From an uncultured archaeon (GTDB taxonomy: Archaea > Asgardarchaeota > Heimdallarchaeia > Heimdallarchaeales > Heimdallarchaeaceae), in contig CAZJUB010000027.1 of NCBI GenBank assembly GCA_964549075.1, positions 1-31,810 on the forward strand: DNA of 31,810 bases, written 5' to 3'. Below, in pieces: positions 8,101 to 16,504 of the stretch. Numbering within the stretch: position 1 is the first letter of the stretch; every line of letters begins with the position of its first letter. Made by a program: the position numbers and the translations under genes. Under the pieces are notes generated by a model. The model did no database searches and was not told the origin of the DNA. It worked only from the letters and a program-made list of their open reading frames with translations.

Positions 8101-9133
8101 TCTTGAATCTAGTTCAAAAATTCCCAGTGTAAGAAGGTTAAAATACCAAAAAAGAATCGCAGGAGTTTTCGATAGTTATTTGAGACAAGGAAGAAATGTT
8201 TCTTATCTTAAACTAAGAGAATTAATCGAATATTTTACTAAAAATAACATAAACTGTAAAGAATTAGAGAAAATTAATAATAAGCATTATTTCTATGACA
8301 AAGTTGCAATTATAAATAAGTCAAAATCTGAGGTATATGATTTCAGTATTCCTGAAACTAATGCATTTATTGGAAATGGATTTGTTAATCACAACTCTAC
8401 TCTACTTAGACAAGTAGCGCTCATAACTTTAATTACACAAATTGGAAGTTTTGTTCCAGCTAGTTCAGCAAAGGTAGGATTAACTGATAGGATATTCACT
8501 AGAATAGGTGCTCACGATGTACTTGTTGAAAACAGGTCTACTTTTATGGTTGAGATGTATGAATGTGCAAATATTCTCAATAATGCAACTGAAAGGAGTC
8601 TAGTTATCTTAGACGAGGTAGGAAGAGGTACATCAACCTATGATGGAGTTTCTATTGCATGGTCAATTACTGAATACTTGCACAATAAAATCGGAAAGGT
8701 TGGGCCTAGGACCTTGTTTGCTACCCATTATCACGAATTGATTGATTTAGAAAATAAACTTCCAAGAGTTAAAAATTACCACGCTTCTGTCAGAAACATC
8801 AAAGGTGACATTCATTTCCTATATAAGTTGAAGGAAGGGGGAATAAGTGAAAGTTTTGGTATTCATGTTGCCTCCTTAGCTGGATTACCAAAAGAAGTAA
8901 TTGATAATGCCAACAACATGCTTTCTCATTTCCATAAAAATGGTGAAATAAAAGATCTAAAGATTACTCCTGCAAAAGGTGATGATGAAGCTAGAAAATT
9001 AAAAATCAATAAATTTGAAGAGTTAATAAAGGAAATCTCACAAATAGATTTAGATGAATTAAAACCCATAGATTCACTTAATAAACTAGATGAGATTAAG
9101 AAAAAGAGTCAAAGAATTCTGAAAGACAAATAA
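5171..9133 (+). CDS. mutS: DNA mismatch repair protein MutS1 precursor (880-aa extein plus 440-aa intein)
   Basis: LTPMMQQW, GDFYETF (Phe-X-Glu mismatch recognition), AGVPYH, GRHPVVE, Walker A TGPNMGGK/ST split by the intein, STFMVEM, Walker B ILDEVGRGTS, FATHYHEL, and a MutS1-like C-terminal helix pair (IDLDELKPIDSLNKL). Confidence 0.97.
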   Translation: MKRFDDRKLKPKLTPMMQQWQDIKKQYSDYIIFFRAGDFYETFNEDAKIASEVLNITLTARTIGEKKFPLAGVPYHAVDSYIAKMVENGYKIAIVEQLEDAKAAKKLVKRGVVQLITRGTITLPESLSRGQNNYLVAINKFSNIYGLAALDLSTGEFLVSDVEGDKALNLLNVELSRLKPSEIILEEQLSKELEELRENTKITKTFREFYYFDIEQGSKDLCSLFQVLSLDGFGVNESYPSIGAAGAILRYIKETQMRESFPSITKISQIKSQDFMILDSSTIRNLELIENLQARTEYGTLRKILDNTRTSLGSRLLTNFILRPSLNKETIQERLNATEEFVDDSIAREEIRGILNKMSDIERITGRVCLGRSKPRDLIALKNTLELIPDIRSILSKFNYSLLKKIHEKIDPLKEVVEIIDTSIADDVPTSIKDGDVIRDGYNDELDELRKIQRGGKTFLTSLEAREKINTGIKNLKVRFNKVFGYYIELPRTVSDSVPAHYERKQTLVNSERFITPELKEYEEKILNAEEKILEIEEELFYNILMQIAEYATVIQQDAHLIALLDVVSTFAQNAVYYDYAKPEITEEDILEIKDGRHPVVERLLPQSSFIPNDISIKKNEERILIITGPNMGGKCVKSNTLIFTEEGMLPIIRFKPEGIKEGTFEEVEVNLISTNSIAKTSHFYSDGVKNTVIIKTRRGYKIEGTLNHPILVRTKTGEELWKKLEDIQMDDYVAINRKNDLWGKKIDFNYQTGVYPRQVKIHPLPKSLDKDLSYLIGLLIGDGTLTYEQSFYLSTADDFISKEFTRICKKLFEYDVKVKGNGKDHYVASRQIREFLLFLGLGHKKAHEKEVPEIILQSPKSMVIAFLQGLFDTDGTAGKRYGKVSLSTTSEILATQIQIILLNFGILSSLKIKKTKSRPCFEVRITGGDSEIFYDVINFRLERKREKSKLVPQKRMTNIDSIPYLESDLLKIKKRYLESSSKIPSVRRLKYQKRIAGVFDSYLRQGRNVSYLKLRELIEYFTKNNINCKELEKINNKHYFYDKVAIINKSKSEVYDFSIPETNAFIGNGFVNHNSTLLRQVALITLITQIGSFVPASSAKVGLTDRIFTRIGAHDVLVENRSTFMVEMYECANILNNATERSLVILDEVGRGTSTYDGVSIAWSITEYLHNKIGKVGPRTLFATHYHELIDLENKLPRVKNYHASVRNIKGDIHFLYKLKEGGISESFGIHVASLAGLPKEVIDNANNMLSHFHKNGEIKDLKITPAKGDDEARKLKINKFEELIKEISQIDLDELKPIDSLNKLDEIKKKSQRILKDK
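7076..8395 (+). mobile_element. Class 1 intein with LAGLIDADG homing endonuclease inside mutS
   Basis: Begins at Cys636 (CVKSNTLIFTEEG, block A). Block B GTLNHP, LAGLIDADG blocks LSYLIGLLIGDG and FLQGLFDTDG, block F VYDFSIP. Ends FIGNGFVNHN followed by Ser+1. Removal restores GPNMGGKSTLLRQ. Confidence 0.96.
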
Positions 9134-9190
9134 TAATAAAAACCATCATGTCTTCTTAGCTTTAATAAAACAAACTATTATTGTGGTTCT

Positions 9191-11011
9191 ATGAAAAACA
9201 AAATACTTGAGCTTGATAGTTTTACAATAAATAAAATAGCTGCTGGAGAGGTAATAGAAAGACCAGCATCTGTAGTTAAAGAATTAGTAGAGAATGCAAT
9301 AGATGCCCAAAGTGATCTAATTAAAATAAATATTCAGGAGGGAGGTAAGAAACTAATTGAGATTATAGATAATGGAGAGGGAATGGTGCATGATGATGTA
9401 TTGTTAGCTGTCAAACGCCACACAACAAGTAAAATAAAAAACGCTGACGACCTATTCTCAATTAATAGTTTAGGGTTTAGAGGAGAGGCTCTTGCTAGTA
9501 TAGTTGGTGTAGCTCAAGTAGAGATATTTACTAGAACTAAAGAAGATGAAATTGGAACTCATCTAGTGGTTGAAGGAGGGAATGTTATTTCTGATAAAAA
9601 CATATCAACGCCTATTGGTACGCGAGTAATAGTCAAAAACTTATTTTACAATGTACCTGTCAGAAGAAAATTTCTCAAAACAATATCAACTGAAGTAAAC
9701 CACATTACGGAATTTATTACTAGATTAGCTCTTTCTCAACCTTCAATTTCGTTTTCACTCGAACATAATGGGAGAGACATACTTACTGCACCTAAAGGTG
9801 ATTTACTTTCACAAATAACAGCAATATTTGGGGAACAGATTGCTAAAGGATGTATTAAATTAGGTAAAGAAGAAGATGGTTACAAGGTTCAAGGATATAT
9901 TACAAAACCAGAATTTTCCAGAAAGTCAAGAGACTACATTTATACTTTCGTAAATAAAAGGCATGTTTCAAATAAAACGATAGCAGACGCAATTCTACGA
10001 GGTTATAGTACCTCAATTCCACATGGAAGATTTCCAATAGTTTTTCTTTATTTAACTCTTCCAACTGAAGAAGTTGATGTTAATGTTCATCCAACTAAAA
10101 GAGAAGTAAGATTCATTAAAGATTCACAAGTATATGGTTTAGTTGATTCTGCAATCAAAGAATCTTTGGAAAAAAGTGGTTTAGAGATTTTTAAGAGAAT
10201 AGCTGAAACCAGATTCAAACCCACTACACTTACAAACATCAGTAAAGCAAAATCTAAGACAGTTTCGGGCGTTAAATCCAAATCTGCTCCAGCTATAAAA
10301 ACACAACAGCAAAAATTTCAAATTACAAGAAGCAGAGAACAAAGGATTGATTCTTTTCTCCCTACATCTAAAGCTGGAAAAACCAAAACTGATGAAACCA
10401 TTCAACATAAAGTAGGGATTAGAGTACTTGGAATTGTCAAAGAAACATACATTATAGCAGACACAATAGAAGGTCTATTCTTGTGTGATCAACATGCGGC
10501 TCATGAAAAAATCAACTATGAGAGATATGTTGATCAGTTAAAAAAGAAGAAAGTAAATACTCAACAATTACTATCTCCTGTTACAATTACTCTCAAACCT
10601 TCGGAATTCGAGATAATAGATGATATTCGAGAGAATATGGGGCCATTTGGTTTCGAGATAGATGTTTTTGGGAAGAATGAGATTATTCTTCGTTCCATAC
10701 CAACTATTATGGGAGTTTCTATAGACCATGCTGTTGCTAAGGATATTATCGATATAATAAAAGAAAATGTGGCTGAAATAAAGGAGGAGCTTCAAGTTGA
10801 AGATTTGAATTTCATTAAAGATTTAGTGGCAATTTTTGCTTGTAGAAGATCAATTAAAGCAGGAGATAAAATTTCTATACAACAAGCAGAAATTTTACTT
10901 AAAGAATTACTATCATTAAAAGAACCTTTTACTTGTCCTCATGGGAGACCAACCATTATTATATTGAATGAAGATTATATAGAAGAACTTTTCAAAAGAG
11001 ACTATAGATAG
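9191..11011 (+). CDS. mutL: DNA mismatch repair endonuclease MutL
   Basis: IAAGEVIERPASVVKELVENAIDA, DNGEGM, SLGFRGEALAS, VDVNVHPTKREV. Endonuclease motifs DQHAAHEKINYE, ACR and CPHGRP. Confidence 0.97.
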   Translation: MKNKILELDSFTINKIAAGEVIERPASVVKELVENAIDAQSDLIKINIQEGGKKLIEIIDNGEGMVHDDVLLAVKRHTTSKIKNADDLFSINSLGFRGEALASIVGVAQVEIFTRTKEDEIGTHLVVEGGNVISDKNISTPIGTRVIVKNLFYNVPVRRKFLKTISTEVNHITEFITRLALSQPSISFSLEHNGRDILTAPKGDLLSQITAIFGEQIAKGCIKLGKEEDGYKVQGYITKPEFSRKSRDYIYTFVNKRHVSNKTIADAILRGYSTSIPHGRFPIVFLYLTLPTEEVDVNVHPTKREVRFIKDSQVYGLVDSAIKESLEKSGLEIFKRIAETRFKPTTLTNISKAKSKTVSGVKSKSAPAIKTQQQKFQITRSREQRIDSFLPTSKAGKTKTDETIQHKVGIRVLGIVKETYIIADTIEGLFLCDQHAAHEKINYERYVDQLKKKKVNTQQLLSPVTITLKPSEFEIIDDIRENMGPFGFEIDVFGKNEIILRSIPTIMGVSIDHAVAKDIIDIIKENVAEIKEELQVEDLNFIKDLVAIFACRRSIKAGDKISIQQAEILLKELLSLKEPFTCPHGRPTIIILNEDYIEELFKRDYR

Positions 11012-11021
11012 AGTGATTATT

Positions 11022-11372
11022 ATGGAAAACAAAATTGTGTTGAATATAAGAAAATTCGTAAAAAAGATCGATAGATCAGCGGGGATTCAATTAATTATGA
11101 TTTGTATGACCCTTGTTGCATTTATTATTCTCCTCTATATTCAGCAGTACTTACCCAGCTTTGAAGGTTCTCAATCTAAACTTATTATTGTTGATGTTCT
11201 ATTAGGAATTGGTTTAATAATTGAATTTGGTTATTTCATCTGGCACACTAACAAATATGGAACAGTTGAGGAGACATCAGAGATTAATCAAGTAAAGGAA
11301 GTTGAAAAACACTCAGAAACAGACAATATTGAAAAAAACCAAGTAATAATTGAAACAGAAGAAGAAGGATAA
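11022..11372 (+). CDS. Small membrane protein (2 TM helices, acidic C-terminal tail)
   Basis: Two hydrophobic stretches and an E-rich tail, directly after the mutL stop. ATG 11022 is preceded by GAGTGAT; alternative GTG at 11013. Confidence 0.65.
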   Translation: MENKIVLNIRKFVKKIDRSAGIQLIMICMTLVAFIILLYIQQYLPSFEGSQSKLIIVDVLLGIGLIIEFGYFIWHTNKYGTVEETSEINQVKEVEKHSETDNIEKNQVIIETEEEG

Positions 11373-11387
11373 ATCGCCTTATGAAGT

Positions 11388-11786
11388 TTAATTATTATTC
11401 TTTCTTTTCCCATAGATTTCTTCTATTTTTTCCGGAGATAACATAACAGGTATACTTTCCTTTATCTCATATTCATGCTTCTGGTTATCTTTACAGTAAA
11501 TTTTACCAGCTTGAATATCGATTTGAAAACACTCTTTGCAGTCTTCAAGAGTCACGTGTTTTTTGATTGAATCCTTTGATTTAACTTCTTCTTCCCCAGC
11601 TTTGTTAATAGTAACTAACATATACTGTTTGTAATTACAGAAAAAGCCGCAAATAACGCCAGTACTTGGATTCTCTAATGGGAGAGAAATATCTTCTTTC
11701 TCCTTAGATTCTTTAGAAATTTCTAATTTCAAAGGCCATGCTTTATCAATTGGACAGACTAGTAAATCCATTAATCTATGTTTCAT
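11388..11786 (-). CDS. trm112: Trm112-family methyltransferase activator (long form)
   Basis: MKHRLMDLLVCPIDK...PLKL N-terminus and GKIYC...YEIKESIPVML C-terminus, with a Cys-containing central insertion (CGFFC, CKEC). Probable start at ATG 11786. Confidence 0.85.
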   Translation of the reverse strand: MKHRLMDLLVCPIDKAWPLKLEISKESKEKEDISLPLENPSTGVICGFFCNYKQYMLVTINKAGEEEVKSKDSIKKHVTLEDCKECFQIDIQAGKIYCKDNQKHEYEIKESIPVMLSPEKIEEIYGKRKNNN

Positions 11787-11854
11787 TAATTTTCTTTTGA
11801 ATCGCTTAAATAATAATCTTACTATCAAAAATTTCTTCTTGGCAATTACTGTTA

Positions 11855-12583
11855 TTATCTGAATAGTGATGTAATAATATCGTGATTTAATTTTTCATAT
11901 CTTTCTAGAGAACCTATATCCTCCCAGAAAACATTATTTGGAGTATAAGCAGACATTTGTCCTTTTTCAGCGAATTGAGAGAAAATATCTCTTGATAAAT
12001 CTATATTTGTGTTTTTATCAAACTCATCTAGATAATCAAAAACAATTGGTTCTAAAACACTTATTCCTGTATTAACATGAATTGGTATTTCAGGCTTTTC
12101 TGTGAATTTTGTTACTTTATTCTCTGTATTTATTTCAGCTGTACCAACTCTTAATTTCCACCCTTTTGATGCAAAAATCGTTGCCCAAGTTTTTTGTTTT
12201 TGATGAAAAGATAGCATAGATGTAAAATCAACATTAGTGATTATATCAGAATAGTAGACAATAAGTCTTTTTTCTTTTAAATGATCTTTAGCATTGATAA
12301 GGGCTGTTCCTGTTCCTACTGGACCAGGTTTATCTGGAACATAAGTAAGGTTCATACCCAATTTACTTCCATCCCCAAAATACCCCTCAATTTGCTCTTT
12401 CTTGTAATTTACTAAAAGAACGATATTAGATATGTTGTGCTTTTTAAAGTGTTTAAGAACATATTCTAAGATAGGCACTTGATCTACTCCAACAGGTAAC
12501 ATTACTTTCTGTATGTAATAACTTAATGGCCTCATTCTGGTACCTTCGCCACCACAAAAGAGAACTCCAACTGTATCGCACAT
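11855..12583 (-). CDS. Sugar-phosphate nucleotidyltransferase (NTP_transferase family)
   Basis: GGEGTRMRPLS, YFGDGSKLG, GTGTAL, FTEKP, NTGI, WEDIGS. No C-terminal beta-helix. Confidence 0.9.
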   Translation of the reverse strand: MCDTVGVLFCGGEGTRMRPLSYYIQKVMLPVGVDQVPILEYVLKHFKKHNISNIVLLVNYKKEQIEGYFGDGSKLGMNLTYVPDKPGPVGTGTALINAKDHLKEKRLIVYYSDIITNVDFTSMLSFHQKQKTWATIFASKGWKLRVGTAEINTENKVTKFTEKPEIPIHVNTGISVLEPIVFDYLDEFDKNTNIDLSRDIFSQFAEKGQMSAYTPNNVFWEDIGSLERYEKLNHDIITSLFR

Positions 12584-12716
12584 CTCAAACGAGTTATTAA
12601 AACCATCCTTGATATTTCTTGTGTTCTACACATGATATTATTACAAAAAATTGATTGAAGCCATACTTTTTTCAGCTTAAGAAATTCTTATTAACTCTGA
12701 AAACGTGTTATTAAAC

Positions 12717-13373
12717 ATGGATACTTCTAAAACATCTACATTAGATGAAATTGCTCAGAAACTTAAAGACAATATTGCTGGATATTATTGGAAAGGAAGA
12801 GGTAATAGACAATCATTCAGAGAAGACATTAAGAACCTTGTAAATAATGAAATTCTGACAAAAGATGAATATAATTATCTTCTAAAAAATGAACGTAGAG
12901 TACTAGTTAAAACACAGTTAATTCATCTCATTCCAGAACTGCAATCACAAGATGTTATTGAAAAAACACTCAAACATCTCTCTAATGTTATTTTCAACAA
13001 AAAATACAAAGAAGCAGAAACAAGAAAAGAAACTTTAGAAAATCAGTTATTATCTCAAATATCTGAACATCTTAATTCCACACTTCATCCTAAAGTAACA
13101 ACGATCAATGAAGCATTCACTTTTATTAGAAGTTTGATTGAGGAAAGTTCAGATTTATCTCAAGAATATCTGAAAATCTCTAACCAACTTTTGGAAATAA
13201 GAGATGTCTTTTTAGAACAAGGTAAAAGTCCAATGTTATTACATGAGTTGGAAAAGATGTCAACTAAGTTAATTTTTGCTTCAAAAAGTAATAACCCTGA
13301 AGACCAGCCTAAAAAAGAAGAACTTATTTCAATGTTAAATGACATACAAATTAGCTCGGGAGTTTCACAGTAA
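12717..13373 (+). CDS. Hypothetical helical protein
   Basis: About 218-aa ORF, charged and helical, divergent from the nucleotidyltransferase. ATG 12717; alternative GTG at 12705. Confidence 0.7.
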   Translation: MDTSKTSTLDEIAQKLKDNIAGYYWKGRGNRQSFREDIKNLVNNEILTKDEYNYLLKNERRVLVKTQLIHLIPELQSQDVIEKTLKHLSNVIFNKKYKEAETRKETLENQLLSQISEHLNSTLHPKVTTINEAFTFIRSLIEESSDLSQEYLKISNQLLEIRDVFLEQGKSPMLLHELEKMSTKLIFASKSNNPEDQPKKEELISMLNDIQISSGVSQ

Positions 13374-13450
13374 AAAAGTATTATTTTTCACAAAATACTG
13401 CTTTTTCTAAACTATTTAATGAAAACCATTTTATAATTAAGTATAAGTTA

Positions 13451-14653
13451 ATGTTTGAAATTGATGTTTGGAGAGAAAAAAACTTGAATAGAATCAAAAC
13501 CATTGCATCAGAATCAGTTACAGAAGGTCACCCAGACAAAATCTGTGATCAAATATCAGACGCAATTTTAGATGCGATTATTGAAAAGGATCCTGATGCT
13601 CATGTTGCATGTGAGTGTTTTGTAACAACTGGACTTGTACTCATTGGTGGAGAGATAACAACCACCAAACCAGTTATCATAGATTATGAAAATATTGTTC
13701 GTTCAACAATCAAAGAAATAGGGTATGATGATTCAAGTATCGGATTTGATTACCGAGGTTGTGCCATCATTAACACTATTCACTCACAATCACCAGATAT
13801 TGCTCTAGGAATAACAAAAGAGCAAATTGAAAGACAAGGTGCAGGAGATCAAGGGATTATGTATGGTTATGCAACAAATGAAACACCAGAATTCATGCCT
13901 TTACCAATTGTTTTAGCGCATAAACTGACCCAAAAACTTGCTGAAGTACGTAAAAAGGAGATTTTGCCCTTTCTTAGACCAGATGGTAAATCACTAGTAG
14001 CTGTTGAATATAAAAACAATCAACCATTTAGAGTTTCAGCTATTGTAATAGCAGCACAACACACAGAAGAAGCTACTAATGCAGAGATAGAGGAAGGTAT
14101 AAAAGAAAAAGTGATAAAAACTGTTGTTAATCCAGATTTATTGGATAAAAATACAAAGATTTTCATTAATAGTACTGGGAGATTTGTGATAGGTGGTCCT
14201 TATGGTGATGCAGGATTAACTGGAAGGAAGATCATTGTAGATACCTACGGTGGTGTTGAATCTCATGGTGGAGGTGCTTTCTCTGGAAAAGATCCTTCTA
14301 AGGTTGATCGTTCAGCATCATATGCAGCAAGATATGCTGCAAAGAATATTGTAGCTGCCGGTTTAGCTGACAAATGTGAAGTTCAAGTCTCCTATACTAT
14401 AGGTGAAGCTGAACCTTTAGCAATAAATGTTGAGTGTTATGGTACAGAAAAAATAGATATAAACAAACTTCAAGAAGCTGTTTTGAAAACATTTGATTTT
14501 AGACCAGGAAAAATAATTGATCATCTTGATTTGAAAAGACCAATTTACAAAAAAACATCTTGTTATGGACATTTTGGAAGGAATCTACCTGAATTTACTT
14601 GGGAAAAAACCGATAAAGTTGATGAATTGAAAGAATTTTTGAATATGAAATGA
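13451..14653 (+). CDS. metK: S-adenosylmethionine synthetase, bacterial/eukaryotic type
   Basis: [79 protein letters not shown]. Alternative start TTG 13484. Confidence 0.96.
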   Translation: MFEIDVWREKNLNRIKTIASESVTEGHPDKICDQISDAILDAIIEKDPDAHVACECFVTTGLVLIGGEITTTKPVIIDYENIVRSTIKEIGYDDSSIGFDYRGCAIINTIHSQSPDIALGITKEQIERQGAGDQGIMYGYATNETPEFMPLPIVLAHKLTQKLAEVRKKEILPFLRPDGKSLVAVEYKNNQPFRVSAIVIAAQHTEEATNAEIEEGIKEKVIKTVVNPDLLDKNTKIFINSTGRFVIGGPYGDAGLTGRKIIVDTYGGVESHGGGAFSGKDPSKVDRSASYAARYAAKNIVAAGLADKCEVQVSYTIGEAEPLAINVECYGTEKIDINKLQEAVLKTFDFRPGKIIDHLDLKRPIYKKTSCYGHFGRNLPEFTWEKTDKVDELKEFLNMK

Positions 14654-14705
14654 TTGATAGAATATATCGTTTATATTTACAAACATTTTTTATCTACTAA
14701 TTGTT

Positions 14706-15392
14706 ATGTCCGGAAGTATGTGTCCGAGTGAAAGCTCTAAAGCCAAACAGATAATTGTAAAAATCTTGTCTGATGAGAAACCTAAGACAGTAAGAAAATT
14801 ATCTGAAAGAGCAATAGAACTTTCAAAAGTCGAAAAAAACACCATTTACAACATAATAAGACAAATGGAGAAGGATGGAGAAATACAGTTAGGTTCTAAG
14901 AAGATTCAAAGGGAATTACCTAAGAATATATCGCAATATCTTATGAATTTCAATTATTATTCAATAGAATTTTGGGGTATAATCACGCTTACACTGTTCT
15001 TCTTCTTAACCGCACTATTAATTCCACCAAATTCTCCTGTATTTTTTCTAAGAGTAGCTATGGGAATTATATTTGGAATTATAGTGCCAGGATGGACAAT
15101 AAGTAATGTTATTTTTCCCAAACTCTATGAAACAATTGATCAAATTGAGAGATCGTTAATAGCTATTGGAATAAATATTGGAACTATGATATTTGGAGGT
15201 TTGATTTTAGATCAAATCTGGATTATTGATAATTTACCATTTGTAATCGTTCTTGGTTCTCTTACTATCGTCGCAGCTCTAATTTCAATGATAATAAGAA
15301 TATTAATCGGATCTGGAAAAATGTCTTTGTTTCATTCTATGGTTAAAGATAGAATTTCTAAGAAGGTTAGGAAGGATGAAAAAAGGGAGTAA
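14706..15392 (+). CDS. Membrane protein with N-terminal winged-helix-like domain and 4 TM helices (DUF1616-like N-terminal region)
   Basis: N-terminal IIVKILS...TVRKLSE...IYNIIRQMEKDGEIQL wHTH pattern. TM region with LRVAMGIIFGIIVPGW...IFP...IDQIERSLIAIG motif. Confidence 0.7.
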   Translation: MSGSMCPSESSKAKQIIVKILSDEKPKTVRKLSERAIELSKVEKNTIYNIIRQMEKDGEIQLGSKKIQRELPKNISQYLMNFNYYSIEFWGIITLTLFFFLTALLIPPNSPVFFLRVAMGIIFGIIVPGWTISNVIFPKLYETIDQIERSLIAIGINIGTMIFGGLILDQIWIIDNLPFVIVLGSLTIVAALISMIIRILIGSGKMSLFHSMVKDRISKKVRKDEKRE

Positions 15393-15897
15393 AATTATAT
15401 TAATTATTGTTTGTTCTTTTTTACTTACAATAACTATAGCATCCTCTGCTGAAGCACAAACTCAGCAAACTGCGCTTCTTGCGATTCAACAAGCTGAAAG
15501 TAAGTTATATGAAACAATTTCTTTATTGGAAGATGTTTCAACAACAAAAATTGATATCCGAGATTTAGTAAAAAACACTGATGATGCACGTCAATTAATC
15601 TTTATTGCTAAGGACCAATATAACAATGCTAATTTTACTGAGGCACAAGAAAAAGCTTCTGAAGCAATTGAAGAGCTTAATTTAATCATGAATGAATTAG
15701 AATTGAGAAAAGATACAAAACAACAAAATAATACAATCTTATATTCTCTTCTAGGAGTTTTTTCAGCTATCTTTATTGTTCTGTTCTTCTTTTCTTTACA
15801 TAAATGGATATACCCTTGGTATATTGAAAAAAGGAATGAAGAGTATGGTAAATTAATAATAAAATATAATGAAGAAACGGAGATTGAGAGAAAATGA
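15376..15897 (+). CDS. Exported, membrane-anchored helical-bundle protein
   Basis: Signal peptide ending AEA, heptad-like helices, C-terminal TM helix and a short charged tail. Overlaps the upstream gene by 17 nt. Confidence 0.75.
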   Translation: MKKGSKIILIIVCSFLLTITIASSAEAQTQQTALLAIQQAESKLYETISLLEDVSTTKIDIRDLVKNTDDARQLIFIAKDQYNNANFTEAQEKASEAIEELNLIMNELELRKDTKQQNNTILYSLLGVFSAIFIVLFFFSLHKWIYPWYIEKRNEEYGKLIIKYNEETEIERK

Positions 15898-16493
15898 TTA
15901 AGAAAATTAAAGCTGGACAGAAAAAGAGATTACTAACTTTATCATTTTTTTCAGTACTCATTATTTCTATAATAGCCATAGCATCTAGTGTTTTCTTTCA
16001 AACATCTAATGGAAATTTAACCGAGCTGTCTCTTTTGACATATAACAGTTCATCACAGATTTTTGAAGCAGATAGATATCCTGATACGCTTGAAGCAGGT
16101 GAAAACGAAACTATATTTTTCATGGTCAAGAATTTCGAGAATATAGTCAAATATTATCAAGTTCAGATAAAAGCAACAAAAATTTCTCAATATATATCTT
16201 ATGAATATGCTTTGAATTCAACAAATTCGTATACACTTTATAGAAATGACACTTATGAGAAGATTCTCTCTCCTGCAACTACAAGTGAAAAAAAAGACAG
16301 TAGAACATTCTCTGGCGATTACATCTGGGGTCCTGTAAATGTCACTCTTTACTCTAATTCATTACTAGAAGCTGTTTTGGAAGGTGAAGAATATGTGAAA
16401 ATAGTATTTGAACTGTGGGAATTTAACACTGTAAATTCTAGTTTCATATATTCTGGAATTTTCACTTTACTAGAACTGCTCTATATTTATTAA
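15894..16493 (+). CDS. Membrane-anchored beta-rich ectodomain protein (DUF1616-like C-terminal region)
   Basis: N-terminal TM helix, then TELSLL...YP..L...E...IFFMVKNFE...YYQVQIK and KIVFELW...FIYSG motifs. About 7 N-glycosylation sequons. ATGA overlap with the upstream gene. Confidence 0.7.
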   Translation: MIKKIKAGQKKRLLTLSFFSVLIISIIAIASSVFFQTSNGNLTELSLLTYNSSSQIFEADRYPDTLEAGENETIFFMVKNFENIVKYYQVQIKATKISQYISYEYALNSTNSYTLYRNDTYEKILSPATTSEKKDSRTFSGDYIWGPVNVTLYSNSLLEAVLEGEEYVKIVFELWEFNTVNSSFIYSGIFTLLELLYIY

Positions 16494-16504
16494 GGTGAGA
16501 TGTA

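Noticed and set aside
10087-10795. Antisense ORFs inside mutL
   Set aside because: Fully nested opposite a conserved gene, with no recognisable features.
13160-15979. Antisense ORFs 13160..13345 and 15773..15979
   Set aside because: Short shadow frames overlapping better-supported + strand genes.
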